DNA of 57,516 nucleotides from an uncultured Gammaproteobacteria bacterium (GCA_964402835.1 CAYODZ010000228.1:1-57516), one strand, 5' to 3'. Positions 43,720 through 52,689 are shown, counted from the first letter of the stretch. Notes: generated from the sequence alone by a model not told the origin. Made by a program: numbers and translations.

Positions 43720-44241
43720 ATGCCCTACACCGAACGAGAACTCGAGGACTGGGTCTGCGCCAACATCGAAACAGCGCTCGACCGGAAGAATGCGCGCGTG
43801 ATAGGACGACAGGTGCGGCTGCCGCACGGTGGCATCCTCGATGTTCTGGCGCTCTTCCCGGTGGGCACGGATCACCTCGCCCTGGCCGTCATCGAGTTGA
43901 AAGCAGGGCCCGTCGGCCGCGACGCGGTAGCGCAACTGCTTTCGTACATGGGTGCGCTCGAGGAGGTAACCCGCGGCCTCGCGGGGGCTATGACCTGCCC
44001 GTACACCGAGCTATGGGGATTCGTCGCGGGACCATCCCTCACGACCGACGCTGGCCTTTGCCTGAAGGCCCTTACCGGCTCCGTCAGGTTCATGCAGTTG
44101 ACTCCCCGGATCGTGTCGGAGGTGTGGAGTGGCATCGACTGCAACCTCCCCGCAGAGGCAGTCGCCAGCACGGCTCGGATCGTCACCGACGGCATTCTGG
44201 ACATTCTCGAGCGGCTTCTGGAGGCGGCGCCAACGGGATGA
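43720..44241 (+). CDS. PD-(D/E)xK nuclease-fold protein (NucS/DUF91-like)
   Basis: GGILDVLAL...LAVIELKAG gives the D...E-x-K arrangement. An N-terminal E..E acidic pair precedes it. Confidence 0.5.
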   Translation: MPYTERELEDWVCANIETALDRKNARVIGRQVRLPHGGILDVLALFPVGTDHLALAVIELKAGPVGRDAVAQLLSYMGALEEVTRGLAGAMTCPYTELWGFVAGPSLTTDAGLCLKALTGSVRFMQLTPRIVSEVWSGIDCNLPAEAVASTARIVTDGILDILERLLEAAPTG

Positions 44242-45437
44242 GCGTGGCGGCAACGACGTGGGCAATAAAGCAGCAGGGGGGAGGGCCAGGACCGAAAGCC
44301 GTTCTCCTGGCACTCGCCCATCACGCGGACGCGAACGGCGAATGCTACCCATCGCAGCCGCTGCTCGCCGAGGAATGTGAAATGGGTATCAGCACGGTCC
44401 GGAATCACCTCGCAACGCTGGAATCGCGCGCGGTCATAGAACGGTTCCGTCGACACCGTAGAAACGGGTCGCGCACTTCAAACGGGTATCGGCTGAAAAT
44501 GAGTAATGACGGCGTTCCGGTCACCACCCTACCGCCAGAATCCGGCGGTAGCCTACAGCCAGATCTTGGCGGTAGCCTAGCGCCAGAATCTGGAGCAAGC
44601 CAACCGCCAGAATCCGGCGATAGAACCGACCTACCGCCAGATCTTGGCGGTAGCCCCCCGTCCTCGGATGAGGACAAGCGCCAGATCTCAGCGACCCTAC
44701 CGCCAGATCTTGAGGGGCCCACTACGTTCGAAAGGTCAGTGGAAGAACAGAAGAACAGAAAGGTAGCAGCCGTCGCTGTTGGGCCAGCTCCCCCCGCACG
44801 TGGGCGGGCGAACGGGCACACGCCTGCGCACACGCACGACGGCAGCGGCGGCGACGAGATCGCTGTCGCGATTGAACGGATGCAGGCCGACGCCGAGCGC
44901 TTCGGGCGATTCCTGCCAGCTGACCAGCACGTCGGATTCGTGGCAGCGGCAGAGGCCGTGATCTCCAGGGCTCGAGCTCTATGGCACCATCCCCGATCGA
45001 AGGCTGAGATCCCCTGGACGGACCGGCCGGACCTGTTCATGTCGGGTCTCGCAAACTTCCTGACCGGTGAGCGGAAGAGTCTCCGGGCCGGTGTACGCCT
45101 GGCACTTCAGCAGGAGCTCGACCCCTTCGCGCCGAAGATCCAGCCCGGCACCGAAGCGTACGAGGCCAGACGCAACGAAGCGCCGCAGGACCAGGTCGCA
45201 CCGAGAACGGGCCGACTCGAGTCCGTCGGCGGCGGCGATGCCAGCGAGCTCGGCCGCATCGCCGAGTGGGAGCAGCAGTACCCCGACGACGCGGCGTGGA
45301 TCGTCGAAGCGGCCGAGGAGCAGGCCGACCTGAACCCCATGTGCGCCAAGTTCCCAAACATCCGCGAGAAGGTCGTCCGCAGCTTCTACCGACAACGCGT
45401 CCTGGCGGCGATGCAGGAACAGGCAGGCAGGCCATGA
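44238..45437 (+). CDS. Replication initiator-like wHTH protein (lambda O / DnaD-type N-terminus) containing internal iterons
   Basis: N-terminus KAVLLALAHHADANGECYPSQPLLAEECEMGISTVRNHLATLESRAVIER is typical of helix-turn-helix replication proteins. The internal 24-bp repeat array encodes LPPESGGS-type octapeptides. Confidence 0.55.
   Translation: MSVAATTWAIKQQGGGPGPKAVLLALAHHADANGECYPSQPLLAEECEMGISTVRNHLATLESRAVIERFRRHRRNGSRTSNGYRLKMSNDGVPVTTLPPESGGSLQPDLGGSLAPESGASQPPESGDRTDLPPDLGGSPPSSDEDKRQISATLPPDLEGPTTFERSVEEQKNRKVAAVAVGPAPPARGRANGHTPAHTHDGSGGDEIAVAIERMQADAERFGRFLPADQHVGFVAAAEAVISRARALWHHPRSKAEIPWTDRPDLFMSGLANFLTGERKSLRAGVRLALQQELDPFAPKIQPGTEAYEARRNEAPQDQVAPRTGRLESVGGGDASELGRIAEWEQQYPDDAAWIVEAAEEQADLNPMCAKFPNIREKVVRSFYRQRVLAAMQEQAGRP
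44529..44719 (+). repeat. Seven 23-nt iterons, consensus CTACCGCCAGA(A/T)(T/C)C..GGCGGTAG
   Basis: Copies start at 44529, 44553, 44577, 44601 (24-bp register), 44631, 44675, 44697. Copy 44631..44653 is a 9-bp-arm palindrome around GATCT. A purine-rich GAAGAACAGAAGAACAGAAAG follows at 44742..44762. Confidence 0.7.
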
Positions 45438-46072
45438 ACGGCCAGCTCTTCGAGTTCGCCGTTGGACATTCCGCCGGCGACGGATTCCGACAGCAGGTAA
45501 AAGCGCCGCGGGCCATGGGCATCGATCCGGCCATGAATTCGACCGGCGTCGTGTATCCCGGCCGATCGTCCGAGCCGGTGATCCAGCTCTACCGGCCGCC
45601 GAAGGAGTCCGCCGACGGCATGGCGCGCATCGCCTGGATGCGTCGCTGGCTCTCGAGTCTACTGCGTGTCGTGAAGCCGGACGTCGTGGCGATCGAGGGC
45701 TACAGCATGGGATCGAAGGGCCGGGCCGTGTTCAACATCGGCGAGTTCGGCGGTGTGATGCGCTTCACGATCTGGGAGGCGGGTGCCACGATCGTGGAGG
45801 TTCCGCCGGCGACGCTGAAGGTCTACGCGACCGGCAGCGGCACGGCCGAGAAGGACGCGATGATCGCGGAAGCGATACGCCGGCTCGGCTACGCCGGCAG
45901 CAACCGTGACGAGGCGGACGCGCTCTGGCTCTATGCGATGGCCATGGATGCGTACGGCGCACCGATCGCGCAGCTGCCGGAGACGCATCGACGCGCGATC
46001 AAACCCGATCAGTGGCCGACGATCGTCGGTGATTCCGGGCGGAAGCAGGAGGACGCAGGCAATGAGGACTGA
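45434..46072 (+). CDS. RuvC-like Holliday junction resolvase
   Basis: Catalytic acidic residues in MGIDP, VAIEGY and NRDEADAL. ATGA overlap. The alternative start at 45515 (MGIDP) would be the canonical RuvC N-terminus. Confidence 0.7.
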   Translation: MNGQLFEFAVGHSAGDGFRQQVKAPRAMGIDPAMNSTGVVYPGRSSEPVIQLYRPPKESADGMARIAWMRRWLSSLLRVVKPDVVAIEGYSMGSKGRAVFNIGEFGGVMRFTIWEAGATIVEVPPATLKVYATGSGTAEKDAMIAEAIRRLGYAGSNRDEADALWLYAMAMDAYGAPIAQLPETHRRAIKPDQWPTIVGDSGRKQEDAGNED

Positions 46073-46952
46073 CACTGCGGGCAACCCGATCAACGACAAC
46101 GCGCCGATGTACGGCTGCTCCGGTTGCAACACGACTGCCGGAAGGCTGGGCTGTCCCACGCACGGCTTGACCGCTCACCGCGAGCCATTCACGCCTCCGA
46201 CGACGCCGGCTGAGAAGGTAGTCGGGATGCTCGTGGTCGGCATGCGGGGGATACGCGACCACGACCTCGACGAATACGAATGGGCTGCCGACATGGTGAC
46301 GGCGCTGAACGAACTGACTGACACAGGCGGGAGCGAGGCACTGAGGGATCTGCTGCTGTTCGTGAACACGGATGGAGATGAAGTGCCGGTTGACGCGGCG
46401 ACGGTGCCGGATCGTGTCCGCGTACACCTGTCGGACCCGTGGGAAGATCGCGACCCATACACGACGGAGGATTTGCTGCGTGAAGCCGCTGCCGCTCTCG
46501 CCCCTGCGTCCGCTCCAGGTACCGGCACCCGCATGTTCGTGGTCGCGGAGCATCAGATGGGCGACGTCTACTCGCTGCATGTGAGCAACAAGCCTGACTT
46601 CGAAGACCAGCCGCGCGAGGAAGTCATCGTGATACGGCCTGCCGCTCCAGGTACCGGAGAGCTGCGCGCGATGATTCAGCGCATTGAGTCAGGCGTCGTG
46701 CCGGGGCAGATGGGCTACTACGTCCCGCAGGCTGAGTGGGATGCGCTGGTAAAACTCGCAGGTATCGGAGAGCCGTCAGCAGCACCACGCAGGCCAGACC
46801 CGACGAATTGCCAGCAGGAGCCGCCGTATCCGGCACACGATATGGTCGTGACGTCGCTGCGCTCGCCGGAGATGACGGTTCACGATCCGAGCGAGCGGTG
46901 TGCGATTCAGGAACCGCACGCGATTGCAGACTGCGGAGAGTTTCGTGATTGA
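46062..46952 (+). CDS. Hypothetical protein (N-terminal Cys cluster)
   Basis: 296 aa with CSGCNTTAGRLGCPTH. Acidic middle region. No other motif. Confidence 0.45.
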   Translation: MRTDTAGNPINDNAPMYGCSGCNTTAGRLGCPTHGLTAHREPFTPPTTPAEKVVGMLVVGMRGIRDHDLDEYEWAADMVTALNELTDTGGSEALRDLLLFVNTDGDEVPVDAATVPDRVRVHLSDPWEDRDPYTTEDLLREAAAALAPASAPGTGTRMFVVAEHQMGDVYSLHVSNKPDFEDQPREEVIVIRPAAPGTGELRAMIQRIESGVVPGQMGYYVPQAEWDALVKLAGIGEPSAAPRRPDPTNCQQEPPYPAHDMVVTSLRSPEMTVHDPSERCAIQEPHAIADCGEFRD

Positions 46953-46978
46953 CGATCGTCGGCAATACCTCGCTGACA

Positions 46979-47185
46979 TCACGGCCACGGCGCGGGCGTC
47001 GGCTCGACCAGGAAGTCCTGCACCTCGGCGGGTATCGGCGAGTCCATCGAGATCCAGCGGCGTATGGTGCGTTCGTCACGACGCAGCACCTCCCGCGCAA
47101 ACCGTCGCGCGGACAGTGCGGACTCGTCGATCCGCTGCGCCAGCAGCAGCGCCCATTCTTCGCGGGTGGATGGTCGCGAGCTCAT
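46979..47185 (-). CDS. Small HTH protein
   Basis: SARRFAREVLRRDERTIRRWISMDSPIP is HTH-like. Downstream of the DUF932 gene on the minus strand. Confidence 0.45.
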   Translation of the reverse strand: MSSRPSTREEWALLLAQRIDESALSARRFAREVLRRDERTIRRWISMDSPIPAEVQDFLVEPTPAPWP

Positions 47186-47240
47186 GCGGGACGCTGCGCA
47201 TCTCGAACGACGTTCATCGAAACCTCCGGGTGCGAGTGAA

Positions 47241-47268
47241 CCCCCACTCCGGCGAACCGAAGTGGGGG
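47241..47268 (-). terminator. Stem-loop between DUF932 and HTH genes (CCCCCACTCCGG-cgaa-CCGAAGTGGGGG)
   Basis: 12-bp stem with one mismatch and a tetraloop. No clear U-run, so it could be an attenuator or RNA-stability element instead. Confidence 0.35.
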
Positions 47269-47292
47269 CGCGGTATGGCAGCTGCCGCTCCG

Positions 47293-48045
47293 CTAGTTAT
47301 CCGACGGCGGCTGAATCAGCGCGTCCGTCGTCAAGTCGAGCAGGCCGTGCAGCCGCGTGGTGCGCGCCGGCAGGTCGAGCGGGTTCGTGCCCTTGAAGAC
47401 TTCCGTGTAGGCATTGAACAGGCTCCACGCGGTCCGCGGCGCGAACTCCTCGTGCTCGGTGTTGCGATACTCGTCCAGCACCTTCGGAATGTAGGAGTTT
47501 GCCATCACTCCCGCATCGACGCTGCGGATCAGCAGGTCGTGCGCCTCGAGCGCCGAGAGCTCGCGGTTCTTGTAAGCCGCGATCCGGACGTCCTGCATCT
47601 GCCGCGCTTCGCCGACACGGCCGACGGCCTCGAGTACCAGCCGATCGAGATCCTGCAGGATCCGGCTCGTGTGCTTTCTGGCCACCACGATCTCCGAGCT
47701 GAACGCCAGGTTGTCGCAGACGAACACGCGGCTGCCGACGGCGAGCCCGGCCGGGAACCTCTTGTCGTGGCTGTTGCGCAGCCCGATCGCCAGCTGGTAG
47801 TCGGGCGCGTTCTCGTGATTCGTGAGCGCCCACACGCCGAACATCCGGGCGCCGTCATTGAACAGGCCGTACTCCCGCTGCGCGATCGTGAACCCGCTGA
47901 GCTCGACCGCCTGCTGCACGCTGGCGATCAGGCGGCTATGGGGAACGGGCTGCCAGGTCTCGGTCGCGTCAGGTGTGCTGACGGCGAAGACGTCCGACTC
48001 GGAGGCAGCGTTGGATCCGGCGTGAAGCATCAGGTTGGTGCCCAT
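47293..48045 (-). CDS. DUF932-family protein
   Basis: Blocks FGVWAL...LAIGLRNSHDKRFPAGLAVGSRVFVCDNLAFS resemble DUF932 (G.RNS.DkS....G..VFVC.N). AAGGGAG RBS before ATG 48045. Confidence 0.7.
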   Translation of the reverse strand: MGTNLMLHAGSNAASESDVFAVSTPDATETWQPVPHSRLIASVQQAVELSGFTIAQREYGLFNDGARMFGVWALTNHENAPDYQLAIGLRNSHDKRFPAGLAVGSRVFVCDNLAFSSEIVVARKHTSRILQDLDRLVLEAVGRVGEARQMQDVRIAAYKNRELSALEAHDLLIRSVDAGVMANSYIPKVLDEYRNTEHEEFAPRTAWSLFNAYTEVFKGTNPLDLPARTTRLHGLLDLTTDALIQPPSDN

Positions 48046-48202
48046 GGAAGGAACTCCCTTGATCATGAGGCCGGGCGAGATTGCCCTGACCACTCCTTGA
48101 ATATAAGGGCATATGTCCTAACGCGCAAGGGGGTGGCGGCGTGCTGGAACTGCACCGCCAGCAAGCTGTCCCCGTTGATCAAAGCTCCGGGACAGGTGTA
48201 AG

Positions 48203-48238
48203 TTGAGAGACAGTCAGAATTCAGGGTCCCACGCGGCC
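48203..48238 (+). promoter_or_regulatory. Conserved late-block upstream element, copy B (TTGAGAGACAGTCAGA...GGTCCCACGCGGCC)
   Basis: The 14-mer at 48225..48238 is identical to copy A. It lies in the 249-bp divergent gap between DUF932 and the packaging genes. Confidence 0.5.
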
Positions 48239-48294
48239 CCACCGCCTCTGCACCGAGCAGGAGGTTGTGGGGCTCGTGTCTTTCAGGAGCGAGG

Positions 48295-48585
48295 ATGAGC
48301 CGGCGGTACGTGACGCGAGAGCACCCGCCGAACGATGTCCGGTGCCCGGACCCGACTTGCGGTGCAAAGCAGGGCATGAGCGAGCTCGCCGAGCAGAACA
48401 ACGGCGAATTCCGCGGACGCTGCAAGGCCCGCTGCCAGTGCGGTCAGGCCTACATCGTTCACGTAGCCGATGGCTGGGCATACGTAACCGGCCTCTATCC
48501 TGACGACTGGGACGTTATACAGATCGACTGGCCGATGCGGAAGATCAAGGAAGTGCTCCGTAACCGAGAAAGAGATGCGGCGTGA
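48295..48585 (+). CDS. Small Cys-rich (zinc-binding) protein preceding terminase
   Basis: GGAGCGAGG RBS. CPDPTCG...C.ARCQCG. 96 aa. Confidence 0.45.
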   Translation: MSRRYVTREHPPNDVRCPDPTCGAKQGMSELAEQNNGEFRGRCKARCQCGQAYIVHVADGWAYVTGLYPDDWDVIQIDWPMRKIKEVLRNRERDAA

Positions 48586-49187
48586 AGAAGTACTGCGGCG
48601 ACTTCGGGGGACTGAACCAGGCGGGCGGTCCGTGCAAGCGGCCGGCTGGATCTGGCCGTGGAGAAGAGCACGCCGGGAAAGGTCTCTGCGTCGACCACTA
48701 CAAGCACGATATGAGCGGCCGCCCTGCCATGCAGCGCGGCTTCCTGGCAGCACTGATCGAGTGCGGCACCATCTCCGGCGCGGCGCGCGCGTCAGACATC
48801 CACCGCGACACGCACTACGGTTGGCTGGATACCGACCCGTCGTATCGAGATCGATTCACGGCCGCGCAGAAGCAGCACTCTGAACTGCTGGAGAGCGAGG
48901 CATCGCGCCGCGGAAAGGACGGAGTTCGCCGTTACCTCTACACACGGAACGGCCAGCCCATCACGGATCCGCGAACCGGCGAGCAGGCGTACGAGCTGAA
49001 GTTCTCGGACACGCTGCTCATGTTCCGCCTGAATGCGCTCGAACCGGAGAAGTATCGCAGCCGCCACGAAGTGAGCGGACCTGGAGGCGGCCCCATCCCC
49101 ATGAAGCATGACTACTCCGGCATGAGCCTGGCCGAGCTCGCGGAGCGTCGTCAGGCTGCACTCGGCTCGACCGCCGGCGCCGAATGA
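48582..49187 (+). CDS. terS: Terminase small subunit (candidate)
   Basis: GTGA overlap. HTH-like FLAALIECGTISGAARASDIHRDTHYGWL. Directly upstream of, and overlapping, terL. Confidence 0.55.
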   Translation: MKKYCGDFGGLNQAGGPCKRPAGSGRGEEHAGKGLCVDHYKHDMSGRPAMQRGFLAALIECGTISGAARASDIHRDTHYGWLDTDPSYRDRFTAAQKQHSELLESEASRRGKDGVRRYLYTRNGQPITDPRTGEQAYELKFSDTLLMFRLNALEPEKYRSRHEVSGPGGGPIPMKHDYSGMSLAELAERRQAALGSTAGAE

Positions 49188-50992
49188 CGATCACGGGCGA
49201 CGTCGCGCGCAGCATCCTGACTCCACCCGAACAGTGGGAAGCGCTCCGCGTGCTGTCCGAGCCTGCCGTCGGCGGCCGGATCCCGGCTGAGGTGGAACTC
49301 GGCATGGAGCTCGTGGCCGTGCCGGAAGTCCGCGACGACGGCATACGGTGCCGCCTCATGCCCCGCGTGAACGCCGTGGACCTGGTGCGTGTGGAGCGGC
49401 AGATCATCGTCATGTCGTCGGGGAAGGTGCAGGCGCTCGAGCGCGAGCTGTGCCGCAGGTCCCGGCTCTACTTCATCGGCCGCTGGCTCGACCTCGAGAC
49501 AAAGTTTCCGCTCGGCCGCGATCGCACTGTGCCGTTCCTGCCGTTCCCGTATCAGGTGCGCATCATTCGGCTTTACGATCAGGCGCGAGCGGAGAGGCGC
49601 GGCATCTTCGAGGAGAAGAGCCGGCAGCTCGGCCTGTCGTGGCTCTGGATGGCGATCTTCCTGCACGGCCTGCTGTTCGAAGAGCAGACATCGTTTTTCG
49701 CAACGTCTCGGCGCGAGAAGGAAGTCGACGACGGCGGGTCGGGCAGCACCACGAAGAGCCTGCTCGGCCGTACCCGCTTCATGTACGACCAGCTGCCTGA
49801 CTTCCTTCGCATGGACGCGGACAACGAGCGGCCCGTGTTGTCATTCAAGGCGCTCGGCATCACGCACGCCACCAACGGCTCGTATCTCGCCGGCGAGGCC
49901 GCCACGCCGAACATGGGCCGCGGTGGCAGCTACACGGTCGGACTGCTGGACGAGTTCGCACACATCGAGCAGAGCGAAGCAGCCTGGGCATCGGCCGACG
50001 AAGCGATCGAGTGTCCGATCATCTCGAGTACGCCGCAGGGTGAGGACAACAAGTTCGCCGATCTGCGTGACAAGCTGGCACGCCCGACCACATCCGCGGA
50101 TCCGGAAGTGCGGCGCCGGTTCCTCGTCGCCAGGTCGCACTGGTCGGAGCACCCGATCTATGCGCAGGGGATCTCGCGCGACGACAACAACCGGCTGACG
50201 TCGCCCTGGTACCGGAAGGCGTGCGCAACGAAGACGCCGGAGAAGGCCGCGCAGGAGTACGACATCGAGTATGCCGGTTCCCTGCCCGGCCGCTACCTGC
50301 CGGAATTCAGCCGCGGCGTGCACGTGCCGGAAGAGCCGATCGCACTGCACACCGGATACTGGTTCTATCTCTCAGCAGACCATGGTCTGTCCGACACGGA
50401 GGTGTGGGGACTCTGGCAGACGGACGGCGTGTCGTTCGCCGAACTGCTCGACGAATGGCACTCCGTTCCGCCCGGGTCGCACCACGGCGCGGACCTGACG
50501 AGCGCGGAGGTGGCGCGTGGCGTCCTGGACTGGCTCACGAGCTGGACGCTCACACTGGCGCGCCTCGAGGGCGTGATTCCGGATCCGGCTGGCGATGCGC
50601 GAGACCAGACGACCGGGCAGTCGCATCACGAGCTGCTGAAGGCGACGTGGCTCCGCGCGGGACAGCAGCTGCCGGCCTGGTATCCGGCGAACAACTCGAT
50701 TCTGGACGGCATCGAGTCGACGCGGCTGCTCATGAAAGGCACGTACAACGGCAAGCCGTTCCGCTTTCGTGTGTCTCCGCGCTGCACGCTCACGATCGAC
50801 AGCCTGATCAACTACCGCCGACGCATCACGCGCGATGGACGTGTGCTCGACCAGGAGCACCACGACTGGACGAACCACGCGGCGGACATGGTTCGCTATT
50901 TCGTGCACACGATGTTCCCCGCGATCGGTGAGGTCGCGATCGCGATGAACGAGCCGGAGTCCTACACCTCTGCCGTCCACGGAAGGATCTGA
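49184..50992 (+). CDS. terL: Terminase large subunit
   Basis: 602 aa. ATPase block FEEKSRQLGLSW, Walker B-like VGLLDEFAH, C-terminal nuclease region with D..D/H (DWTNHAADMVRY). Followed by the portal gene. Confidence 0.85.
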   Translation: MTITGDVARSILTPPEQWEALRVLSEPAVGGRIPAEVELGMELVAVPEVRDDGIRCRLMPRVNAVDLVRVERQIIVMSSGKVQALERELCRRSRLYFIGRWLDLETKFPLGRDRTVPFLPFPYQVRIIRLYDQARAERRGIFEEKSRQLGLSWLWMAIFLHGLLFEEQTSFFATSRREKEVDDGGSGSTTKSLLGRTRFMYDQLPDFLRMDADNERPVLSFKALGITHATNGSYLAGEAATPNMGRGGSYTVGLLDEFAHIEQSEAAWASADEAIECPIISSTPQGEDNKFADLRDKLARPTTSADPEVRRRFLVARSHWSEHPIYAQGISRDDNNRLTSPWYRKACATKTPEKAAQEYDIEYAGSLPGRYLPEFSRGVHVPEEPIALHTGYWFYLSADHGLSDTEVWGLWQTDGVSFAELLDEWHSVPPGSHHGADLTSAEVARGVLDWLTSWTLTLARLEGVIPDPAGDARDQTTGQSHHELLKATWLRAGQQLPAWYPANNSILDGIESTRLLMKGTYNGKPFRFRVSPRCTLTIDSLINYRRRITRDGRVLDQEHHDWTNHAADMVRYFVHTMFPAIGEVAIAMNEPESYTSAVHGRI

Positions 50993-50997
50993 CGAGA

Positions 50998-52686
50998 ATG
51001 GGCACCTTCGCGAGCGCAGTCGTGCGCATGCTGAAGCCGCTGGTGAACGAGGGCGCGCTGCTACCGTACGCCGGCGACTGGATGCCGCCCGAGCATCTCG
51101 ACCGGCTGCGTCAGTATGAGATCTTTCGCGCGCTGCACGAGAACCGGATCGGCGGACTGCTGAAGGACAAGGAGGCCGCGAAGAAGATCCGCGGCTACGG
51201 CGATTACTCCCTGGTCGTGGAGACCAGCCGTGACGCCGTGCTCGGCGATCGCATCGAGATCGAGGTGCCCGGATCCAGTGACGAAGGCAACGCCGGTGCG
51301 GTTGCGCGGAAGACGCTGCTCGACGAGTGGGCACGGCGGCAGCGGTGGGCCAGCAAGATGTATCGCTGTGAGACGGACGCGGCCGCGGTGGGCGACTGCG
51401 TGTACGAGCTCCGGCCGAACGGCTCCCGGCTGCTGCTCCGTGCGCACGACCCCGAATCGTTCTTCCCGGTCTGGGAAAATGCCGAGGGCGACTTCGACGA
51501 GGCGTATCTCGCGTGGGAAGAGAGGAACACCGGGCAGTATCTGCCCTCGCCGCCGGCAAACATGGCGGACCTGCACAACCGCGATGGCCAGGTTGTGCTT
51601 TATCGTCGGCACTACGAGATGCTGAGCGTCCAGGAGGCGCGCGATCGCGGCGTCACGACCGTTGGGGCCCGGACGCGCACGGAGATCTGCATCGTCACGT
51701 CCGGCTGGTTCCGCATCGAGAACCGGAGCGGCGAGAAGCCGGTGGGTTTCGAACGGCTCGAGCGGCTCGGCTTCGAGCTCACCGAGGATGGGGATCCGAT
51801 CGACAGCCTGGACACCGGCTTCGATACGCCGCCCCTGTTTTACATCCCGAACCGGGAGGCCACAGGCCAGCCGTGGGGACTGCCGGAGGGCGACGTCGTG
51901 CTGCAGACGCTGCTCGACGCGGCGCAGGACCAGTCGGACCTGAAGGAGAACACGTACGCCAATGCGTTCCCCGTCATGTACGACGAGAATCCGCCCGTCG
52001 GCGCCGTGCCGCGGCCGGGTCAGCAGCAGGGGCACGCGGCGACGAGATCGCAGGAGAAATACAAGCCGGGCATGATCTACAACGGCCGGAAACTCGGCGT
52101 CGTCGACATGTCGCACGGCAACGAGTTGCTGATGAAGCACGAGGAATGGCTGATCGCGAAGGCGCTCTCCAACTCGCGCACGACGCTGATCGCCGCCGGC
52201 AAGCTCGAGGGTGGGGAGATTCCGTCCGGAATAGCGCTCATGATCGCGCTGCTGCCGCTGTTCGCGAAGACACTGCCGAAGCGTCAGACGCGGAAGGACA
52301 AGCTCGGCATGATGCTGAAGCATGTGCTCCGCTGGCATCGCGATTTCGGCAAGGCGGGGGACTTCTTCGGCTCGGCCGAGGACGCAGCGAACGCGACCGC
52401 CACGTGGCCGGAGGGGATCTGGAGCTCCGAGGAGGCGTATCCATCGTTCGGCAGCATCATCCCGATCGATAAGAAGCAGGTCAGCGAGATCGTCGCCTCA
52501 CTGATCACTGCGGGGGCGATCAGCGATGAGACCGCGGTCACCATGCTGCTGGTTGCAGGGTTCCCGATCGATGACGCCACGAAGGAGGTCGAGCGGCTGA
52601 AGGAAGCCCGAGCGCTGCCACCCGGAGCGCCAGGCAGCGGGTTCGGCAACGAGGGCGTGCCGATACCGGGGATCGGTGAGGTGTGA
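50998..52686 (+). CDS. Portal protein
   Basis: 562 aa immediately after terL. Size and position fit a portal, with general portal-like composition. Confidence 0.75.
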   Translation: MGTFASAVVRMLKPLVNEGALLPYAGDWMPPEHLDRLRQYEIFRALHENRIGGLLKDKEAAKKIRGYGDYSLVVETSRDAVLGDRIEIEVPGSSDEGNAGAVARKTLLDEWARRQRWASKMYRCETDAAAVGDCVYELRPNGSRLLLRAHDPESFFPVWENAEGDFDEAYLAWEERNTGQYLPSPPANMADLHNRDGQVVLYRRHYEMLSVQEARDRGVTTVGARTRTEICIVTSGWFRIENRSGEKPVGFERLERLGFELTEDGDPIDSLDTGFDTPPLFYIPNREATGQPWGLPEGDVVLQTLLDAAQDQSDLKENTYANAFPVMYDENPPVGAVPRPGQQQGHAATRSQEKYKPGMIYNGRKLGVVDMSHGNELLMKHEEWLIAKALSNSRTTLIAAGKLEGGEIPSGIALMIALLPLFAKTLPKRQTRKDKLGMMLKHVLRWHRDFGKAGDFFGSAEDAANATATWPEGIWSSEEAYPSFGSIIPIDKKQVSEIVASLITAGAISDETAVTMLLVAGFPIDDATKEVERLKEARALPPGAPGSGFGNEGVPIPGIGEV

Positions 52687-52689
52687 TTG

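Noticed and set aside
43668-45437. Single 589-aa ORF spanning 43668..45437.
   Set aside because: Its first 190 codons are Arg/Gly/Pro-rich with no motif. They overlap the better PD-(D/E)xK ORF (43720..44241) in another frame. An ATGA-coupled start at 44238 gives the typical wHTH initiator N-terminus.
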